From the NCBI GenBank assembly GCA_030690305.1, contig JAUYHB010000020.1, positions 23,535 through 87,534 of the forward strand: a stretch of 64,000 bases of DNA. The letters are read 5' to 3'. The stretch comes from a bacterium. Lineage in GTDB: Bacteria; Patescibacteriota; Minisyncoccia; Phycocordibacterales; JAGLPS01. Positions 17,362-28,230 of this stretch are shown here, in pieces. The translations under genes and the position numbers were made by a program. The notes below the pieces were generated by a model, which was not told where the DNA came from, ran no database searches, and saw only the letters and a list, made by a program, of their open reading frames with translations. Positions within the stretch are counted from its first letter, which is position 1. Each line of letters begins with the position of its first letter.

Positions 17362-19119
17362 TTATTCCGAGGAGACGACCCGCAAAACTTCTTCAACGGT
17401 GGTAAGCCCCTGTGCGGATTTAAACAGCCCATCTTCAATCATGGTCATCATGCCCTCCTTCTTTGCCTGATCGTCTATGGCCTGCACCGGCGCGCCTTTA
17501 ATAATAAGATCCTTAATTGGAGGAGTCACTCGGAGCACTTCATAGATTCCTATGCGACCGGCATATCCGTCCGGAGCATCCGCGGATTTTTTTGGATGAT
17601 ACAGAGGAACTTGCGACCAATCGACGTCTTCTTTGACAATTTTTTCCTTTTTGAGAAAACCTAGAACTTTTTCCATATCAACGGAACTTTCGAGAGATTT
17701 AATTTCGTTCTTACTTAGGAAATACTCTTCTTTTGCACCTGAAAGTTTTCTGATGAGACGTTGGGCAATGACGATGTTTAAAACCGACACAAGAAGGAAT
17801 GGTTCGACTTTCATATCAACAAGACGAGGGATGGCTCCAGCAGCCGAGTTTGTGTGCAGAGTTGAAAGAACCAAATGACCGGTAAGAGAGGCGTTAACGG
17901 CAAGAGAAGCCGTTTCACCGTCGCGGATTTCACCAACCATGATAATGTCCGGATCCTGACGGACAAGCGTGCGCAAGCCGCTTGAAAACGTAAATCCGAT
18001 TTCCGGTTTTACCTGCGTCTGGTTGATTCGTTTCATTTGATACTCAATCGGGTCTTCAATGGTTGAAATATTCACATCGGGGGTATTGAGAATATCAAGC
18101 ATCGTATACAGAGTTGTTGTTTTTCCTGAACCCGTCGGACCAGTGGTTAAAATAATTCCCGTCGTGAGATTCATTGCGGTATGAATACTCTCGAGCGCCT
18201 CTCCGTGAAAACCAAGTGCTTCAAGGGTGAACCCGGAAACGCTTTCGCGGAGCACGCGCATCACGGTTTTTTCACCAAAATATGTCGGAAGCGTGGATAC
18301 GCGGAATGACACATTTTCACCGTTCAGCTCGATTTTGAAACGCCCGTCTTGCGGAAGACGTTTTTCGTCAAGTTTAAGATTTGAAAGCACTTTGATACGG
18401 GCGGTGATGGAGGGTGCACTGTTTTTGGGAAGTACCATGGCATCATGCAACAAACCGTCAATACGGTATCGGACAAGCAACTGTTCTTCCATCGGTTCAA
18501 TATGAATGTCAGAGGCATTTTGAATAATTGCGTGTTTGAGGAGTGTATCGACAATACGGATGACAGGAATGTCTTCGGCAAGTTTCTTCAGGTCGCTTTC
18601 CGACGCATCTCCCTCCCCCCCCTGTTCCGAAATCATCTTAAGAGAGGTCGCCTCCTTTTGAATAATGTCGCCAAATTCCGCCTTGAGGCTCTTTTGATAC
18701 TGCAACAGAGCACTTTTCATCGATTCCTTGTCGGTAAGCCGCGGAAGAATTTTTAAACCGGTTTTTTTCTTGATAAAGTCGATAGCCGCCAGGTCTTCGG
18801 TATCAAGCATTGCGACTTCAAGAGTTTTATCCGCGACCCGGAAAGGAATAATATTGTGGTTGCGCGCGATGGGCTCAGGGATGAGAGAAAGCACGTCAAA
18901 ATTTATTTTTTCTCCCTTCAAGTCCACAAAAGGAATACCGAGAATATGCGCCTGAATCTTCCTCAGGTCGTCATCGGTAATTTTTCCTTCTTCCACGAGT
19001 AATTGACCGACGCTTACTTTGCGCTCGGATGCTTTTTTATCCGCGGACTCAAAATCTTCCCGAGAAATCAGGTCGGAATCAAGGATAAATTCTTTTAATT
19101 GGGTTTCCTCAATGTGCAT
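17362..19119 (-). CDS. pilB: Type IV pilus assembly ATPase (PilB/GspE family)
   Basis: ASDIHIEP, GPTGSGKTT, RQDPDIIMVGEIRD and GHLVLSTLHTN; start taken at ATG 19119. Confidence 0.96.
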   Translation of the reverse strand: MHIEETQLKEFILDSDLISREDFESADKKASERKVSVGQLLVEEGKITDDDLRKIQAHILGIPFVDLKGEKINFDVLSLIPEPIARNHNIIPFRVADKTLEVAMLDTEDLAAIDFIKKKTGLKILPRLTDKESMKSALLQYQKSLKAEFGDIIQKEATSLKMISEQGGEGDASESDLKKLAEDIPVIRIVDTLLKHAIIQNASDIHIEPMEEQLLVRYRIDGLLHDAMVLPKNSAPSITARIKVLSNLKLDEKRLPQDGRFKIELNGENVSFRVSTLPTYFGEKTVMRVLRESVSGFTLEALGFHGEALESIHTAMNLTTGIILTTGPTGSGKTTTLYTMLDILNTPDVNISTIEDPIEYQMKRINQTQVKPEIGFTFSSGLRTLVRQDPDIIMVGEIRDGETASLAVNASLTGHLVLSTLHTNSAAGAIPRLVDMKVEPFLLVSVLNIVIAQRLIRKLSGAKEEYFLSKNEIKSLESSVDMEKVLGFLKKEKIVKEDVDWSQVPLYHPKKSADAPDGYAGRIGIYEVLRVTPPIKDLIIKGAPVQAIDDQAKKEGMMTMIEDGLFKSAQGLTTVEEVLRVVSSE

Positions 19120-19238
19120 GGAGCGATATGTACAAAAATTATACCATAGCCGCGCCGCAGATTGACTTATTGCGCTAATTGTGTATGATATAGGCATTAT
19201 CAAGTTCGCCTCACGGCGGACTCATTTTTTTATAACGT

Positions 19239-20438
19239 ATGTCATTTGATCTAAAAGTCATTCACTCGGTCTTCCAGCAACTTGAAGGAGAACGGGGAAT
19301 TCCAAAAGAAAAAGTTATTGAAGCCATTGAGATGGCGTTAGCAACCGCGTACCGAAAAGAGTACGGAAAAAAGGGCCAAATTGTCAGGGCCTCTTTCAAC
19401 GCGGAAAACGGAGAAACAAATTTCTACCAGGTAAAAATTGTGGTTGATCCTTCTCAGGTCATCATGGACGAGGAAGCGGCTGTTACAGAAACAAGCATTG
19501 AAGGTAAAGAGGGTGAAGTAAAAGAAGTTTTTAATTCCGAGAAGCATATTTTCCTCAATGATGCGAAAAAAATAAAAAAGGACGCAGAGCTCGGAGAAGA
19601 AATCATCTTTCCTCTTGAAGCAAAGGAAGATTTCGGCCGCATCGCATCGCAAACCGCGAAACAAATCATTATTCAAAAAATCAGAGAGGCCGAAAAAGTA
19701 TCCGTACTCGGAGAATTCGGGGAACGTGAAGAAGAAATCGTAAGCGGCACTGTTCAGCGAGTTGAACGGGGAAATATTTTTGTCGATATGGGACGGGCAA
19801 CAGGTTTTTTGCCGTATGAAGAACAAATCAGAGGAGAACATTACCGACCCGGGGAACGCATCAGGGCATATTTATATAAGGTGGAAGAAACTCCCAAAGG
19901 AGTATTTTTGCGTCTTTCCCGCTCACACCCGAAATTTCTTGAAAAACTATTTGAAGTTGAAACTCCGGAAATAGGAGCGGGAGTTGTTGAGATTAAAGCT
20001 ATCGCACGCGAAGCAGGTTCCCGAACAAAAGTTGCCGTATATTCAAAAGACGAGCATGTGGACCCTGTGGGCTCAATGGTTGGACAGCGTGGTGTTCGTG
20101 TTTCAACCGTTATGAGCGAATTGGGTGGAGAAAAAATCGACATTATAGAGTGGTCCGAGGACCCGAAGCAGTTTATTGAGGATGCGCTGTCTCCCGCCAA
20201 AGTATTAAGTGTGGCCATCATTGATGAGAACGAAAGAAAGGTTCGGGTTGAGGTTTCGGAAGACCAACAGTCCCTCGCTATCGGCAAAGGTGGACAAAAT
20301 GTGAGGCTCGCAGCAAAATTAACGGGGTGGAAAATAGATATTCAATCTCCCCAAGGAGAGTCCGTTGCCGCAACCGACGGTGAACATGTTGATGTATCGG
20401 AAACGGTTAAAACAGAGAAGAAAGAAGAGGCTGTATAA
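19239..20438 (+). CDS. nusA: Transcription termination/antitermination factor NusA
   Basis: FGRIASQTAKQ, AREAGSRTKVAV and AIGKGGQNVRLAAKLTGWKIDI. Confidence 0.98.
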   Translation: MSFDLKVIHSVFQQLEGERGIPKEKVIEAIEMALATAYRKEYGKKGQIVRASFNAENGETNFYQVKIVVDPSQVIMDEEAAVTETSIEGKEGEVKEVFNSEKHIFLNDAKKIKKDAELGEEIIFPLEAKEDFGRIASQTAKQIIIQKIREAEKVSVLGEFGEREEEIVSGTVQRVERGNIFVDMGRATGFLPYEEQIRGEHYRPGERIRAYLYKVEETPKGVFLRLSRSHPKFLEKLFEVETPEIGAGVVEIKAIAREAGSRTKVAVYSKDEHVDPVGSMVGQRGVRVSTVMSELGGEKIDIIEWSEDPKQFIEDALSPAKVLSVAIIDENERKVRVEVSEDQQSLAIGKGGQNVRLAAKLTGWKIDIQSPQGESVAATDGEHVDVSETVKTEKKEEAV

Positions 20439-20524
20439 GGAGTATTAAACCCTTAGTTACCGTCGCTCGTTCGGAAATAAATCAAAAAATTAAAACGTAA
20501 TAATTAATTATTTTTTAACACGTT

Positions 20525-22501
20525 ATGTCTACAATATACTGGCTCGTATTCGCTCCAATCACTATCGCGGTCTTATACAGTCTCTATATTATTCTGTGGC
20601 TCAGACGCCAGCCCGCCGGTAACGAGAAAATGGTCGCCATTTCCAAGGCAATTCAGGAGGGCTCGTCCGCGTATCTTAATCGTCAAAGCAAAACTATCGG
20701 AATAGTTGCTGTGGCCCTTTTTCTTCTTATCGGATTTTTGATTAATTGGACTGTGGCAACGGGATTTCTTCTCGGAGCTTTCCTTTCCGGACTTGCCGCG
20801 TATGTGGGTATGAATATCTCGGTTCGCAGTAACAGTAAAACCGCCGAAGCGGCCAAACAAGGGCTCGGGGCGTCATTTTCTCTTGCATTCAAAGCGGGTT
20901 CGGTTACCGGGCTTCTCGTTGTTGCCCTCGGACTTCTCGCAGTCGCAGGATTTTTTGCTTATACGGGAGACGTTAAATCTCTTATAGGCCTTGCGTTCGG
21001 TTCCAGTTTGATTTCCGTTTTCGCCCGTCTTGGGGGAGGGATTTTCACTAAAGCCGCCGATGTCGGAGCGGACCTCGTGGGGAAAGTTGAAGCGGGAATT
21101 CCGGAAGACGACCCACGCAACCCCGCGGTTATCGCGGACAACGTCGGGGACAACGTCGGGGATTGTGCCGGAATGGCTGCCGATCTTTTTGAAACATATG
21201 TCGTCACACTTACCGCGACAATGCTTATCGGTTTAATGACATTCACAGGCACTCAAATCTGGTTTCCCCTTGTACTGGGAGGTTTGGGAATTCTTGCCTC
21301 GGTTATTGGGGGACTTTTTGTCCGTTTATCGAGCTCACAAAATATTATGGGCGCACTCTATAAGGGTATGGGAGCGGCACTTCTTCTTTCTCTCGGATTA
21401 TTTTACTTCGCAAGTTCAATGTTTTTCCCGGGTGAAACATGGCCGGTATTTTTAAGCACATGCATTGGTCTTGCCGTAACCGTTGCCATGGTTGTCATTA
21501 CCGACTATTACACGGCAAAAAATTTCAGACCCGTTAAACTTATTGCCGAAGCATCGCGTTCGGGACACGGAACAAATATCATCATCGGTCTCGCTGTCGG
21601 GATGGAAGCGACCTTCTTACCGATTATCGTTATCGTCGCGGGAATTTTATTGAGTCATTCTTTACTCGGACTTTTGGGAATTGCGATTGCCGCCACGGCA
21701 ATGCTTTCGGTTGCGGGCATTATTGTTGCCATTGATTCATTCGGCCCGATTACCGATAACGCGGGCGGAATCGCGGAAATGTCCGGCGCAGACAAAGGTG
21801 TAAGAACGATTACCGATGCGTTGGATTCGGTTGGAAACACGACAAAGGCGGTTACAAAAGGATACGCTATTGGTTCGGCGGGTCTTGCCGCTCTTGTATT
21901 GTTTGCCGGCTATGTCGAAGAACTTGCAGGCGCCGGAAAAGAAATTTCTTTCAGTCTTGGGGATCCGTTGGTTGTCGCAGGCCTTTTCATTGGAGGCACG
22001 GTTCCTTATTTGTTCGGCTCGCTTGCTATGCAAGCGGTCGGACAGGTTGCGGGTTCGGTAGTTGAAGAGGTGCGCCGACAATTCAGGGAAATAAAAGGCA
22101 TTATGGAGTTTAAGGCAAAACCCGACTACAGCCGCGCCGTGGACATTGTCACCAAAGCAGCTTTGCAAAAAATGATTATTCCTTCCCTCTTGCCGATTGC
22201 GGCGGTGTTGTTCGTTGGTTTTTTCCTCGGTCCAATCGCCCTTGGCGGCGCACTTATGGGTGTTATCATTTCGGGTCTTTTCATGGCCATCTCAATGACA
22301 TCCGGAGGTGCTGCATGGGATAATGCCAAAAAATATATCGAGGATGGAAATTTCGGAGGAAAAGGAAGTGAGGCGCACAAGGCTGCCGTGACAGGAGACA
22401 CCGTAGGCGACCCGTACAAAGACACGGCGGGACCGGCAATCAATCCTCTTATTAAAGTAATGAACATCGTGGCCCTGTTGTTGGCGCCATTTCTGCTTTA
22501 A
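20525..22501 (+). CDS. hppA: Membrane-bound pyrophosphatase (K+-independent type)
   Basis: [29 protein letters not shown] and [10 protein letters not shown] motifs. Confidence 0.97.
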   Translation: MSTIYWLVFAPITIAVLYSLYIILWLRRQPAGNEKMVAISKAIQEGSSAYLNRQSKTIGIVAVALFLLIGFLINWTVATGFLLGAFLSGLAAYVGMNISVRSNSKTAEAAKQGLGASFSLAFKAGSVTGLLVVALGLLAVAGFFAYTGDVKSLIGLAFGSSLISVFARLGGGIFTKAADVGADLVGKVEAGIPEDDPRNPAVIADNVGDNVGDCAGMAADLFETYVVTLTATMLIGLMTFTGTQIWFPLVLGGLGILASVIGGLFVRLSSSQNIMGALYKGMGAALLLSLGLFYFASSMFFPGETWPVFLSTCIGLAVTVAMVVITDYYTAKNFRPVKLIAEASRSGHGTNIIIGLAVGMEATFLPIIVIVAGILLSHSLLGLLGIAIAATAMLSVAGIIVAIDSFGPITDNAGGIAEMSGADKGVRTITDALDSVGNTTKAVTKGYAIGSAGLAALVLFAGYVEELAGAGKEISFSLGDPLVVAGLFIGGTVPYLFGSLAMQAVGQVAGSVVEEVRRQFREIKGIMEFKAKPDYSRAVDIVTKAALQKMIIPSLLPIAAVLFVGFFLGPIALGGALMGVIISGLFMAISMTSGGAAWDNAKKYIEDGNFGGKGSEAHKAAVTGDTVGDPYKDTAGPAINPLIKVMNIVALLLAPFLL

Positions 22502-22527
22502 CAGTTTAATTTAAAAGTGACTCTTCA

Positions 22528-22560
22528 CTCCCCCGACATTGTTTGTCGGGGGTTTTTTAT
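22528..22560 (+). terminator. Rho-independent terminator of hppA
   Basis: CCCCCGACA/TGTCGGGGG stem followed by T6. Confidence 0.8.
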
Positions 22561-22635
22561 TTATAATTTCAGAACACCTTTCTTGTAAGCCCTCCGTTTT
22601 GAAAGTTATAAATTTAATATTCGTCTGTATACACT

Positions 22636-23274
22636 ATGAACATCCAAATGTGCGGCAAATCGTTATTCCTTGTTTTAGCTTCTGTCGCTTTCCTGTTTGC
22701 GGGCAACAGTGTTTTTGCCCAAATTACAAATACGGCGACAGGAACAACAACCGACGAAAAGGAGAGGAGTAGAGCAACTATCCAAGAGAAAAAAGATGGC
22801 ATCAGAACGAATGTGGAAGAGAAAAAAGAATCACTAAAAGATCGCCGTGAGGCTTTATCAAAAGAAATAAAAGACAGACTGAAAGCAAGAATAAGAGGTT
22901 TTGTCCAACAAATGGAAAGACGGCTGGGAGCCGCAATTGAACGAATGGAGAAAATCGCCGAGAGAATCGCATCCCGAATCGAAAAAATAAAAGTGACCGG
23001 AATCGATACCACGGAGGCTGAAACATATCTTGGAGCCATGAAAACCGATATTTCCGAAGCAAAAGCACTCGTAGGAAAAATCCCGGAAGCAATTGAAGAA
23101 AGTTTGCTTGCGGAAGAAATGCGTAAAGCGTTTGAAAATGTGAAAACTATTATTGAAGAAGCGAAAAGAGAGATACAGAGCGCGCATGATAATGCGAAAA
23201 AAGCGATCGGAAGCCTTATGGAGATGGTCAAGGAATCACAGTCGGACGCTTCCACTACCCCATCAATAAACTAA
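22636..23274 (+). CDS. Secreted coiled-coil hypothetical protein
   Basis: Signal peptide ending VFA|Q; charged helical body. Confidence 0.8.
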   Translation: MNIQMCGKSLFLVLASVAFLFAGNSVFAQITNTATGTTTDEKERSRATIQEKKDGIRTNVEEKKESLKDRREALSKEIKDRLKARIRGFVQQMERRLGAAIERMEKIAERIASRIEKIKVTGIDTTEAETYLGAMKTDISEAKALVGKIPEAIEESLLAEEMRKAFENVKTIIEEAKREIQSAHDNAKKAIGSLMEMVKESQSDASTTPSIN

Positions 23275-23286
23275 TTTCTTATCATT

Positions 23287-23628
23287 ATGGATAACCAAAA
23301 TATCTCAAATACAAACATGAATTCGAGGGATAACATGCAAAATCCTCTCCCAAACAAGCCAGTGGCTTCTTCCGTCGGACCGCTCGTCGGAATAATTATC
23401 GTCGTCATTATTATTGTTCTCGGTGGGATGTATTTTTGGGGACAACGAGTAGACAGGAGCGGAATAGATCCAATGCTTGAGAATGATGCGATGACTCAAT
23501 CTCTTGAAAACCAAAGTTCATCGGACGACCTTACTGCCATTGAAGCGGATATAGATAACACCGATCTTGAGAATCTTGACGCCGAGCTCAACCAAATAAA
23601 CTCCGATTTGGAAGCATCCGGGCTCTAG
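23287..23628 (+). CDS. Single-TM hypothetical protein with acidic C-terminus
   Basis: GPLVGIIIVVIIIVLGGMYFW helix; terminator-like hairpin at about 23645-23671. Confidence 0.8.
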   Translation: MDNQNISNTNMNSRDNMQNPLPNKPVASSVGPLVGIIIVVIIIVLGGMYFWGQRVDRSGIDPMLENDAMTQSLENQSSSDDLTAIEADIDNTDLENLDAELNQINSDLEASGL

Positions 23629-23715
23629 TGTCCATTTCTGCCCGCCACCCCGTTTCAAGCGGGGTGGTTTTTGCTAGACAACAAAAAGAAGAACGGATAG
23701 ACTAAGAACTTAATT

Positions 23716-24771
23716 ATGTCGGAACAAAAAACACATTACCAAAATATCAAAGTGACCGCGCTTCCGGATGCGGAAGTGGAAATTGAGGGTGAAATTGACG
23801 CCCAAAGAATGAACGATTTGAGAAATAAGGCGCTCGACACAATTTCAAAAGAAATTGAAATTCCCGGTTTTCGCAAAGGCAAGGCGCCAACTGAAATCGT
23901 GGTTAAGAAAGTCGGAGAAATGCGCCTCCTTGAAGAAGCCGCGGAAATGGCTCTGCAGGAGGAATATCCGATTATTCTGTTCAATGAAAAAATAAACGCT
24001 ATCGGGCTTCCTCATATTCATATCACCAAACTCGCCCCCGGAAACCCCCTTGGATTCAAATTACATACTGCGGTTATGCCGACGATAACGCTCCCCGACT
24101 ATATGCGTATCGCTAAAACCGAAATGGAGAAAAAAGACAGTGTCGAGGTGGAAGAGAAAGAAATCGACCGCGTCATTGAGGAAATACGCAAACAAAAAGC
24201 GGGGAAAAAAGAAAAAGACGCTTCGGAAGAAAACGAACTTCCAGCGCTTACTGATGAATTTGTGAAATCCCTCGGAAATTTTGAGCATGTTGAAGATTTT
24301 AAAAATAAAATAAAGGAAAATCTCTCGTACGAGAAAAAAATCAAAGCGAGAGAGAAAAAAAGAGGGGCAACGATAGACGAACTTCTAAAAAAATCCTCGA
24401 TAACGTTGCCGAAAATTTTGATTGTAAACGAACTTGAAAAAATGCTTTCCCAATTTACGGGCGAAGTCGAGCACATGGGAATCACATGGAATGATTACCT
24501 TGCGCAGACAAAAAAAACCGAGGAAGAGCTCAAAAACGAATGGAGACCGACAGCAGAAAAAAGAGCTAAAACCCAGCTTATTTTGGATGAAATCGCCGTA
24601 AAAGAAAAAATAGAGCCGGAAGAAGACCAGGTGAAAAAGGAGGTGGAACATATTCTCTCCCACTATCCGAAAGCCGACCCGGAACGGGCTCGTGTGTACG
24701 TCAAAGGAATTTTAAGAAACGAAAAGGTTTTTGAGTTTCTTGAATCAGGCCTCGCCAAAGAAAGCGAATAA
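23716..24771 (+). CDS. tig: Trigger factor (short form, PPIase domain apparently absent)
   Basis: IPGFRKGKAP ribosome-binding motif; 351 aa. Confidence 0.93.
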   Translation: MSEQKTHYQNIKVTALPDAEVEIEGEIDAQRMNDLRNKALDTISKEIEIPGFRKGKAPTEIVVKKVGEMRLLEEAAEMALQEEYPIILFNEKINAIGLPHIHITKLAPGNPLGFKLHTAVMPTITLPDYMRIAKTEMEKKDSVEVEEKEIDRVIEEIRKQKAGKKEKDASEENELPALTDEFVKSLGNFEHVEDFKNKIKENLSYEKKIKAREKKRGATIDELLKKSSITLPKILIVNELEKMLSQFTGEVEHMGITWNDYLAQTKKTEEELKNEWRPTAEKRAKTQLILDEIAVKEKIEPEEDQVKKEVEHILSHYPKADPERARVYVKGILRNEKVFEFLESGLAKESE

Positions 24772-24804
24772 AGATTCCCAGGGCAAAGCCCCGAGGAATT
24801 AACC

Positions 24805-24878
24805 TTTGTTTCGTCTTCGCTCGCAGGTCATGAGAGCACAGTACCGCTCTCGCGACACCGCTCGCTCGCCGAAATAAA
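24805..24878. repeat. Structured intergenic repeat, subtype A
   Basis: TTTGTTTCGTCTTCGCTCG...CGCTCGCTCGCCGAAATAAA. Confidence 0.6.
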
Positions 24879-24902
24879 AAGTACCGAGCCTTTTGTTGTT
24901 GT

Positions 24903-25595
24903 TTAGACAATAAGCAAAAGTGAGGCGGCGGCAAGAGCCGCCGTTTCGCTTTTAAGAGTCATTGTGCCAAGACTGAGCGACGGAATATTTTTTTCTCCGA
25001 AGATTTCTTTTTCTTTCTCGCTCCAACCTCCTTCCGGCCCGATAAATACGGCCACGGTGTTTTCTGAGGCAGAGTGGGTAAACACCGCCCCCGCAGCATC
25101 AAAAAAAATAGCGGGTACGGAAAGTGTCTCAAGTGCCTCTTTCAAAGAAACAACCGGGTGCAGGGTTGGAAGCACGGCGTGCCCGGATTGTTCCGCCGCC
25201 TCCACAAGAATACGTTTCAGCCGTTCGAGATTTAAATTCTTTTTTTCGCTTCTTTCGGAGATAACGGGAACAAAGTGCGACACGCCGATTTCAGTTCCCT
25301 TCTCAACCACCCATTCGAATTTATCTTTTTTTATAAGAGAGGAATAAAGCCAGACTTCCCGTTTTGGTATGACAATATTTTTTTGAGAGCTCAAAACGGA
25401 AAGGACTGCGTTTTGTTTTGTTAAAACGGAGATTTCACATAAAAAATCAAAACCGGAACCGTTAAACAATACAACGCGCTCCCCCGCCTTAAAACGAAAC
25501 ACATTCCGCCATTGATTAAGAGTGTCGGTGTTTTCTATATCAAGCGTCTTTTTTGATGCAAAAGATGAGTCAATAAAAAATCTATGAATGCGCAT
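24903..25595 (-). CDS. rsmE: 16S rRNA m3U1498 methyltransferase
   Basis: [21 protein letters not shown] and LKSETAA motifs. Confidence 0.95.
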   Translation of the reverse strand: MRIHRFFIDSSFASKKTLDIENTDTLNQWRNVFRFKAGERVVLFNGSGFDFLCEISVLTKQNAVLSVLSSQKNIVIPKREVWLYSSLIKKDKFEWVVEKGTEIGVSHFVPVISERSEKKNLNLERLKRILVEAAEQSGHAVLPTLHPVVSLKEALETLSVPAIFFDAAGAVFTHSASENTVAVFIGPEGGWSEKEKEIFGEKNIPSLSLGTMTLKSETAALAAASLLLIV

Positions 25596-25689
25596 AGGGT
25601 CAGTATGGGCAAAGCATTCTTCTTGCGCAAGTTATTTGAAATTATCGTCAACTTGTTATATTGTGTTGACATTAATCATTGAAACAACC

Positions 25690-26274
25690 ATGTTAATTCC
25701 AACAGTTATCGAAAAATCACAGTTTGGAGAACGGGCATATGACATCTATTCCCGCCTTTTGCGCGACAGAATCATATTTCTCGGAGGGCCGATTGACGAC
25801 AACGTGGCGAACATCGTCATTGCCCAGCTTCTCTTTCTTGAATCCGAAGACCCTAAAAAGGATGTGGAACTTTATGTCAACTCTCCCGGCGGCTCCGTTA
25901 CCGCAACCCTTGCCATTATAGACACAATGACCCACATCAAACCCGACGTTAAAACCTTTTGCATCGGTCTTGCCGCATCGGGAGCAGCCTGGATTCTTTC
26001 TTCCGGGGCAAAAGGCAAGCGTGCCATCCTGCCAAACGGAGAAGTTATGATTCATCAACCGTTGGGCGGCGCAGAAGGGCAGGCAACCGACATTGAAATT
26101 TCGGCAAAACACATACTCAAACTGCGAGACAAGCTTAATAAAATAATGTCAAAAAACACGGGGAAATCTCTTTCGGAAATAGAAAAAGACGTGGAACGCG
26201 ACTTTTTCATGAGTGCCGAGGAAGCGGTTAAATATGGAGTCGCGGATATGGTACTTGAAAAGAAACAAAAATAA
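25690..26274 (+). CDS. clpP: Clp protease proteolytic subunit
   Basis: DIYSRLL, NSPGGSV, GLAAS and MIHQPLGG; start taken at ATG 25690. Confidence 0.98.
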   Translation: MLIPTVIEKSQFGERAYDIYSRLLRDRIIFLGGPIDDNVANIVIAQLLFLESEDPKKDVELYVNSPGGSVTATLAIIDTMTHIKPDVKTFCIGLAASGAAWILSSGAKGKRAILPNGEVMIHQPLGGAEGQATDIEISAKHILKLRDKLNKIMSKNTGKSLSEIEKDVERDFFMSAEEAVKYGVADMVLEKKQK

Positions 26275-26289
26275 AAAGTTTTGAACTTT

Positions 26290-26362
26290 TTGTTGTCGTC
26301 GCTCGTTCGGAAATAAAAAAGGGAGCTTTTTTATTCCACTTACTCGCTAGACAATAACAAAA
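26290..26362. repeat. Structured intergenic repeat, subtype B
   Basis: TTGTTGTCGTCGCTCGTTCGGAA-stem-TTCCACTTACTCGCTAGACAATAA; related to 20455 and 28160. Confidence 0.65.
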
Positions 26363-26431
26363 CCCCGCCTCTCGGCGGGGTTTTCGCAAAAACCGGGCCC
26401 GTTTACAAAACAGAAAAAACCTTATACTATT

Positions 26432-26614
26432 AGGGCGTTAATCAAATTAATTTTTACGCTTCCGCTTTTTGGTATGCACCCCTACCTTCACACTCAGAGG
26501 AGAAAAGATGACAATCTGGATGATCTAGAGGATATTCGTTAAAATCAGAGGTTTTTCTATCTATTTCCTTAAATGTAATAAGGCTGGGATTCTAAAAAGC
26601 GAGGGGTAACGCTA
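26432..26614 (+). ncRNA. Candidate 6S RNA or long structured rny leader
   Basis: About 183-nt rod: GCGTTA/TAACGC, CGCTTTTTGG/CTAAAAAGCG, CCTT/AAGG, central bubble, GAGGAGAAAAGAT/ATCTATTTCCTT; TATACT upstream. Confidence 0.5.
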
Positions 26615-26616
26615 CC

Positions 26617-28146
26617 ATGTCATTAAAAATAGCGCTTCTCTTCGCTCTTTCGGCAGCACTCCTTGGAGTGGCGTTTGGTTATTTCCTGCGATGGATTATC
26701 TCGCTGGGAAACAAGACGTCCATGGAGCTGCGAATCAAGCAGATGTTGCTTGAGGCGAAAGACGGAGCCACGCGCATTGCCGCTGAGGCAGAAAAGAAAG
26801 CCGAGGAAACTCTAAAAGAGGCTCGGGTAGAGATAAAGGGAAAAGAAGACAGTCTTAAAAAAACCGAGGAGCGTCTCGTTAAAAAAGAAGAATTCCTCGA
26901 TAAACGACAGGTTGATATCGACAAAGAAGTCGAGAATATAAAGCAGAAAATCACCGAAATAAAGACGATTCGAGAAAAAACAGACGCTCTTGAAGTCGAA
27001 CGAAAGGGCGCTCTTGAAAAAGTGGCCCGATTAAGCGCGGAGGAAGCAAAAAAAGAAATTATGGAAATTGTCGAGAAGGAAACCGAGGAAGATCTTCTTG
27101 TCCGGATGCAAAAACTTGAGGCTTTTGGAAAAGAGAAGCTTGAGCGCAGAGCGCGTGAAATACTCACGACATCCATTCACCGGTATGCCAACTCCGTCTC
27201 TTCGGACATCATGACAACAACAGTTGCCATTCCGTCGGATGAAATAAAAGGAAAAATCATCGGGAAAGAAGGAAGGAATATCAAAGCATTTGAACGCGCG
27301 AGTGGTATTGAAGTTATTGTTGACGACACGCCGGGACTTATTACCCTCTCATCATTCGACCCCGTACGACGTCAAGTTGCCAAAGTAGCTCTTGAAAAAC
27401 TTATCGCGGACGGGCGTATTCAACCTGCAAAAATCGAGGAAATGATGGAAAAAGCAAAGCAGGAAATCAATGAAACAATAAAAGAAAAGGGTGAGCAGGC
27501 CGTGTATGAATGCGGAGTGTACAATCTTGACTCACGTATTGTTGCCATTCTTGGACGCCTCCACTATCGCACCAGTTACGGACAAAATGTTTTGCAGCAC
27601 TCGATTGAAATGGCGCATATCGCAGGTATGATTGCCGAGGAGATAGGCGCCGATGTCTATGTTGCCAAGGCAGGAGCATTGCTTCACGATATTGGAAAAG
27701 CGGTTGACCATGAAGTTGCCGGAACGCATGTTGAAATAGGTATCCGTATACTCCAAAAATTCGGTGCCGATGAAAAAATTATCAAAGCGATGCGTTCTCA
27801 TCATGACGAATACCCCTATGAGACGCCGGAATCATACGTTGTGCAGGCCGCAGATGCGATTTCCGGAAGCCGTCCAGGCGCGCGGCGTGATACCGTGGAA
27901 AATTACCTTAAACGGCTTGGAGACCTTGAGGCTGTTGCCAATTCGTTTTCCGGCGTTGAGAAGGCGTACGCCATTTCCGCCGGTCGTGAGGTAAGAATTT
28001 TCGTGAGATCGGAGGAAATTTCCGACCTCGATGCCCAAAAACTGGCTCGTGATATAGCTCTACGGATAGAACAGGAGCTTAAATACCCCGGTGAAATCAA
28101 GGTAAACGTTATCAGGGAAACGCGCGCTATTGAATTCGCACGATAA
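26617..28146 (+). CDS. rny: Ribonuclease Y
   Basis: N-terminal TM, coiled coil, KH (KGKIIGKEGRNI) and HD (LLHDIGK) domains. Confidence 0.98.
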   Translation: MSLKIALLFALSAALLGVAFGYFLRWIISLGNKTSMELRIKQMLLEAKDGATRIAAEAEKKAEETLKEARVEIKGKEDSLKKTEERLVKKEEFLDKRQVDIDKEVENIKQKITEIKTIREKTDALEVERKGALEKVARLSAEEAKKEIMEIVEKETEEDLLVRMQKLEAFGKEKLERRAREILTTSIHRYANSVSSDIMTTTVAIPSDEIKGKIIGKEGRNIKAFERASGIEVIVDDTPGLITLSSFDPVRRQVAKVALEKLIADGRIQPAKIEEMMEKAKQEINETIKEKGEQAVYECGVYNLDSRIVAILGRLHYRTSYGQNVLQHSIEMAHIAGMIAEEIGADVYVAKAGALLHDIGKAVDHEVAGTHVEIGIRILQKFGADEKIIKAMRSHHDEYPYETPESYVVQAADAISGSRPGARRDTVENYLKRLGDLEAVANSFSGVEKAYAISAGREVRIFVRSEEISDLDAQKLARDIALRIEQELKYPGEIKVNVIRETRAIEFAR

Positions 28147-28159
28147 AGGATATTAATCC

Positions 28160-28230
28160 TTTGTTGCCGTCGCTCGTTCGGGAAGTAAAAATAAGAATTT
28201 TTCTTTCCGCTCACTCTCTAGGCAATAAAA
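28160..28230. repeat. Structured intergenic repeat, subtype B
   Basis: TTTGTTGCCGTCGCTCGTTCGGGAAG...CTTTCCGCTCACTCTCTAGGCAATAAA. Confidence 0.65.

Noticed and set aside
22614-23255. 213-aa minus-strand ORF
   Set aside because: It is the antisense shadow of the coiled-coil gene 22636-23274, which has a signal peptide and fits the operon direction.
24775-24800. Hairpin TTCCCAGGGCAAAGCCCCGAGGAA as an IS200/IS605 end
   Set aside because: It resembles such ends, but it is a single short copy with no tnpA or tnpB nearby; treated as part of the repeat region.
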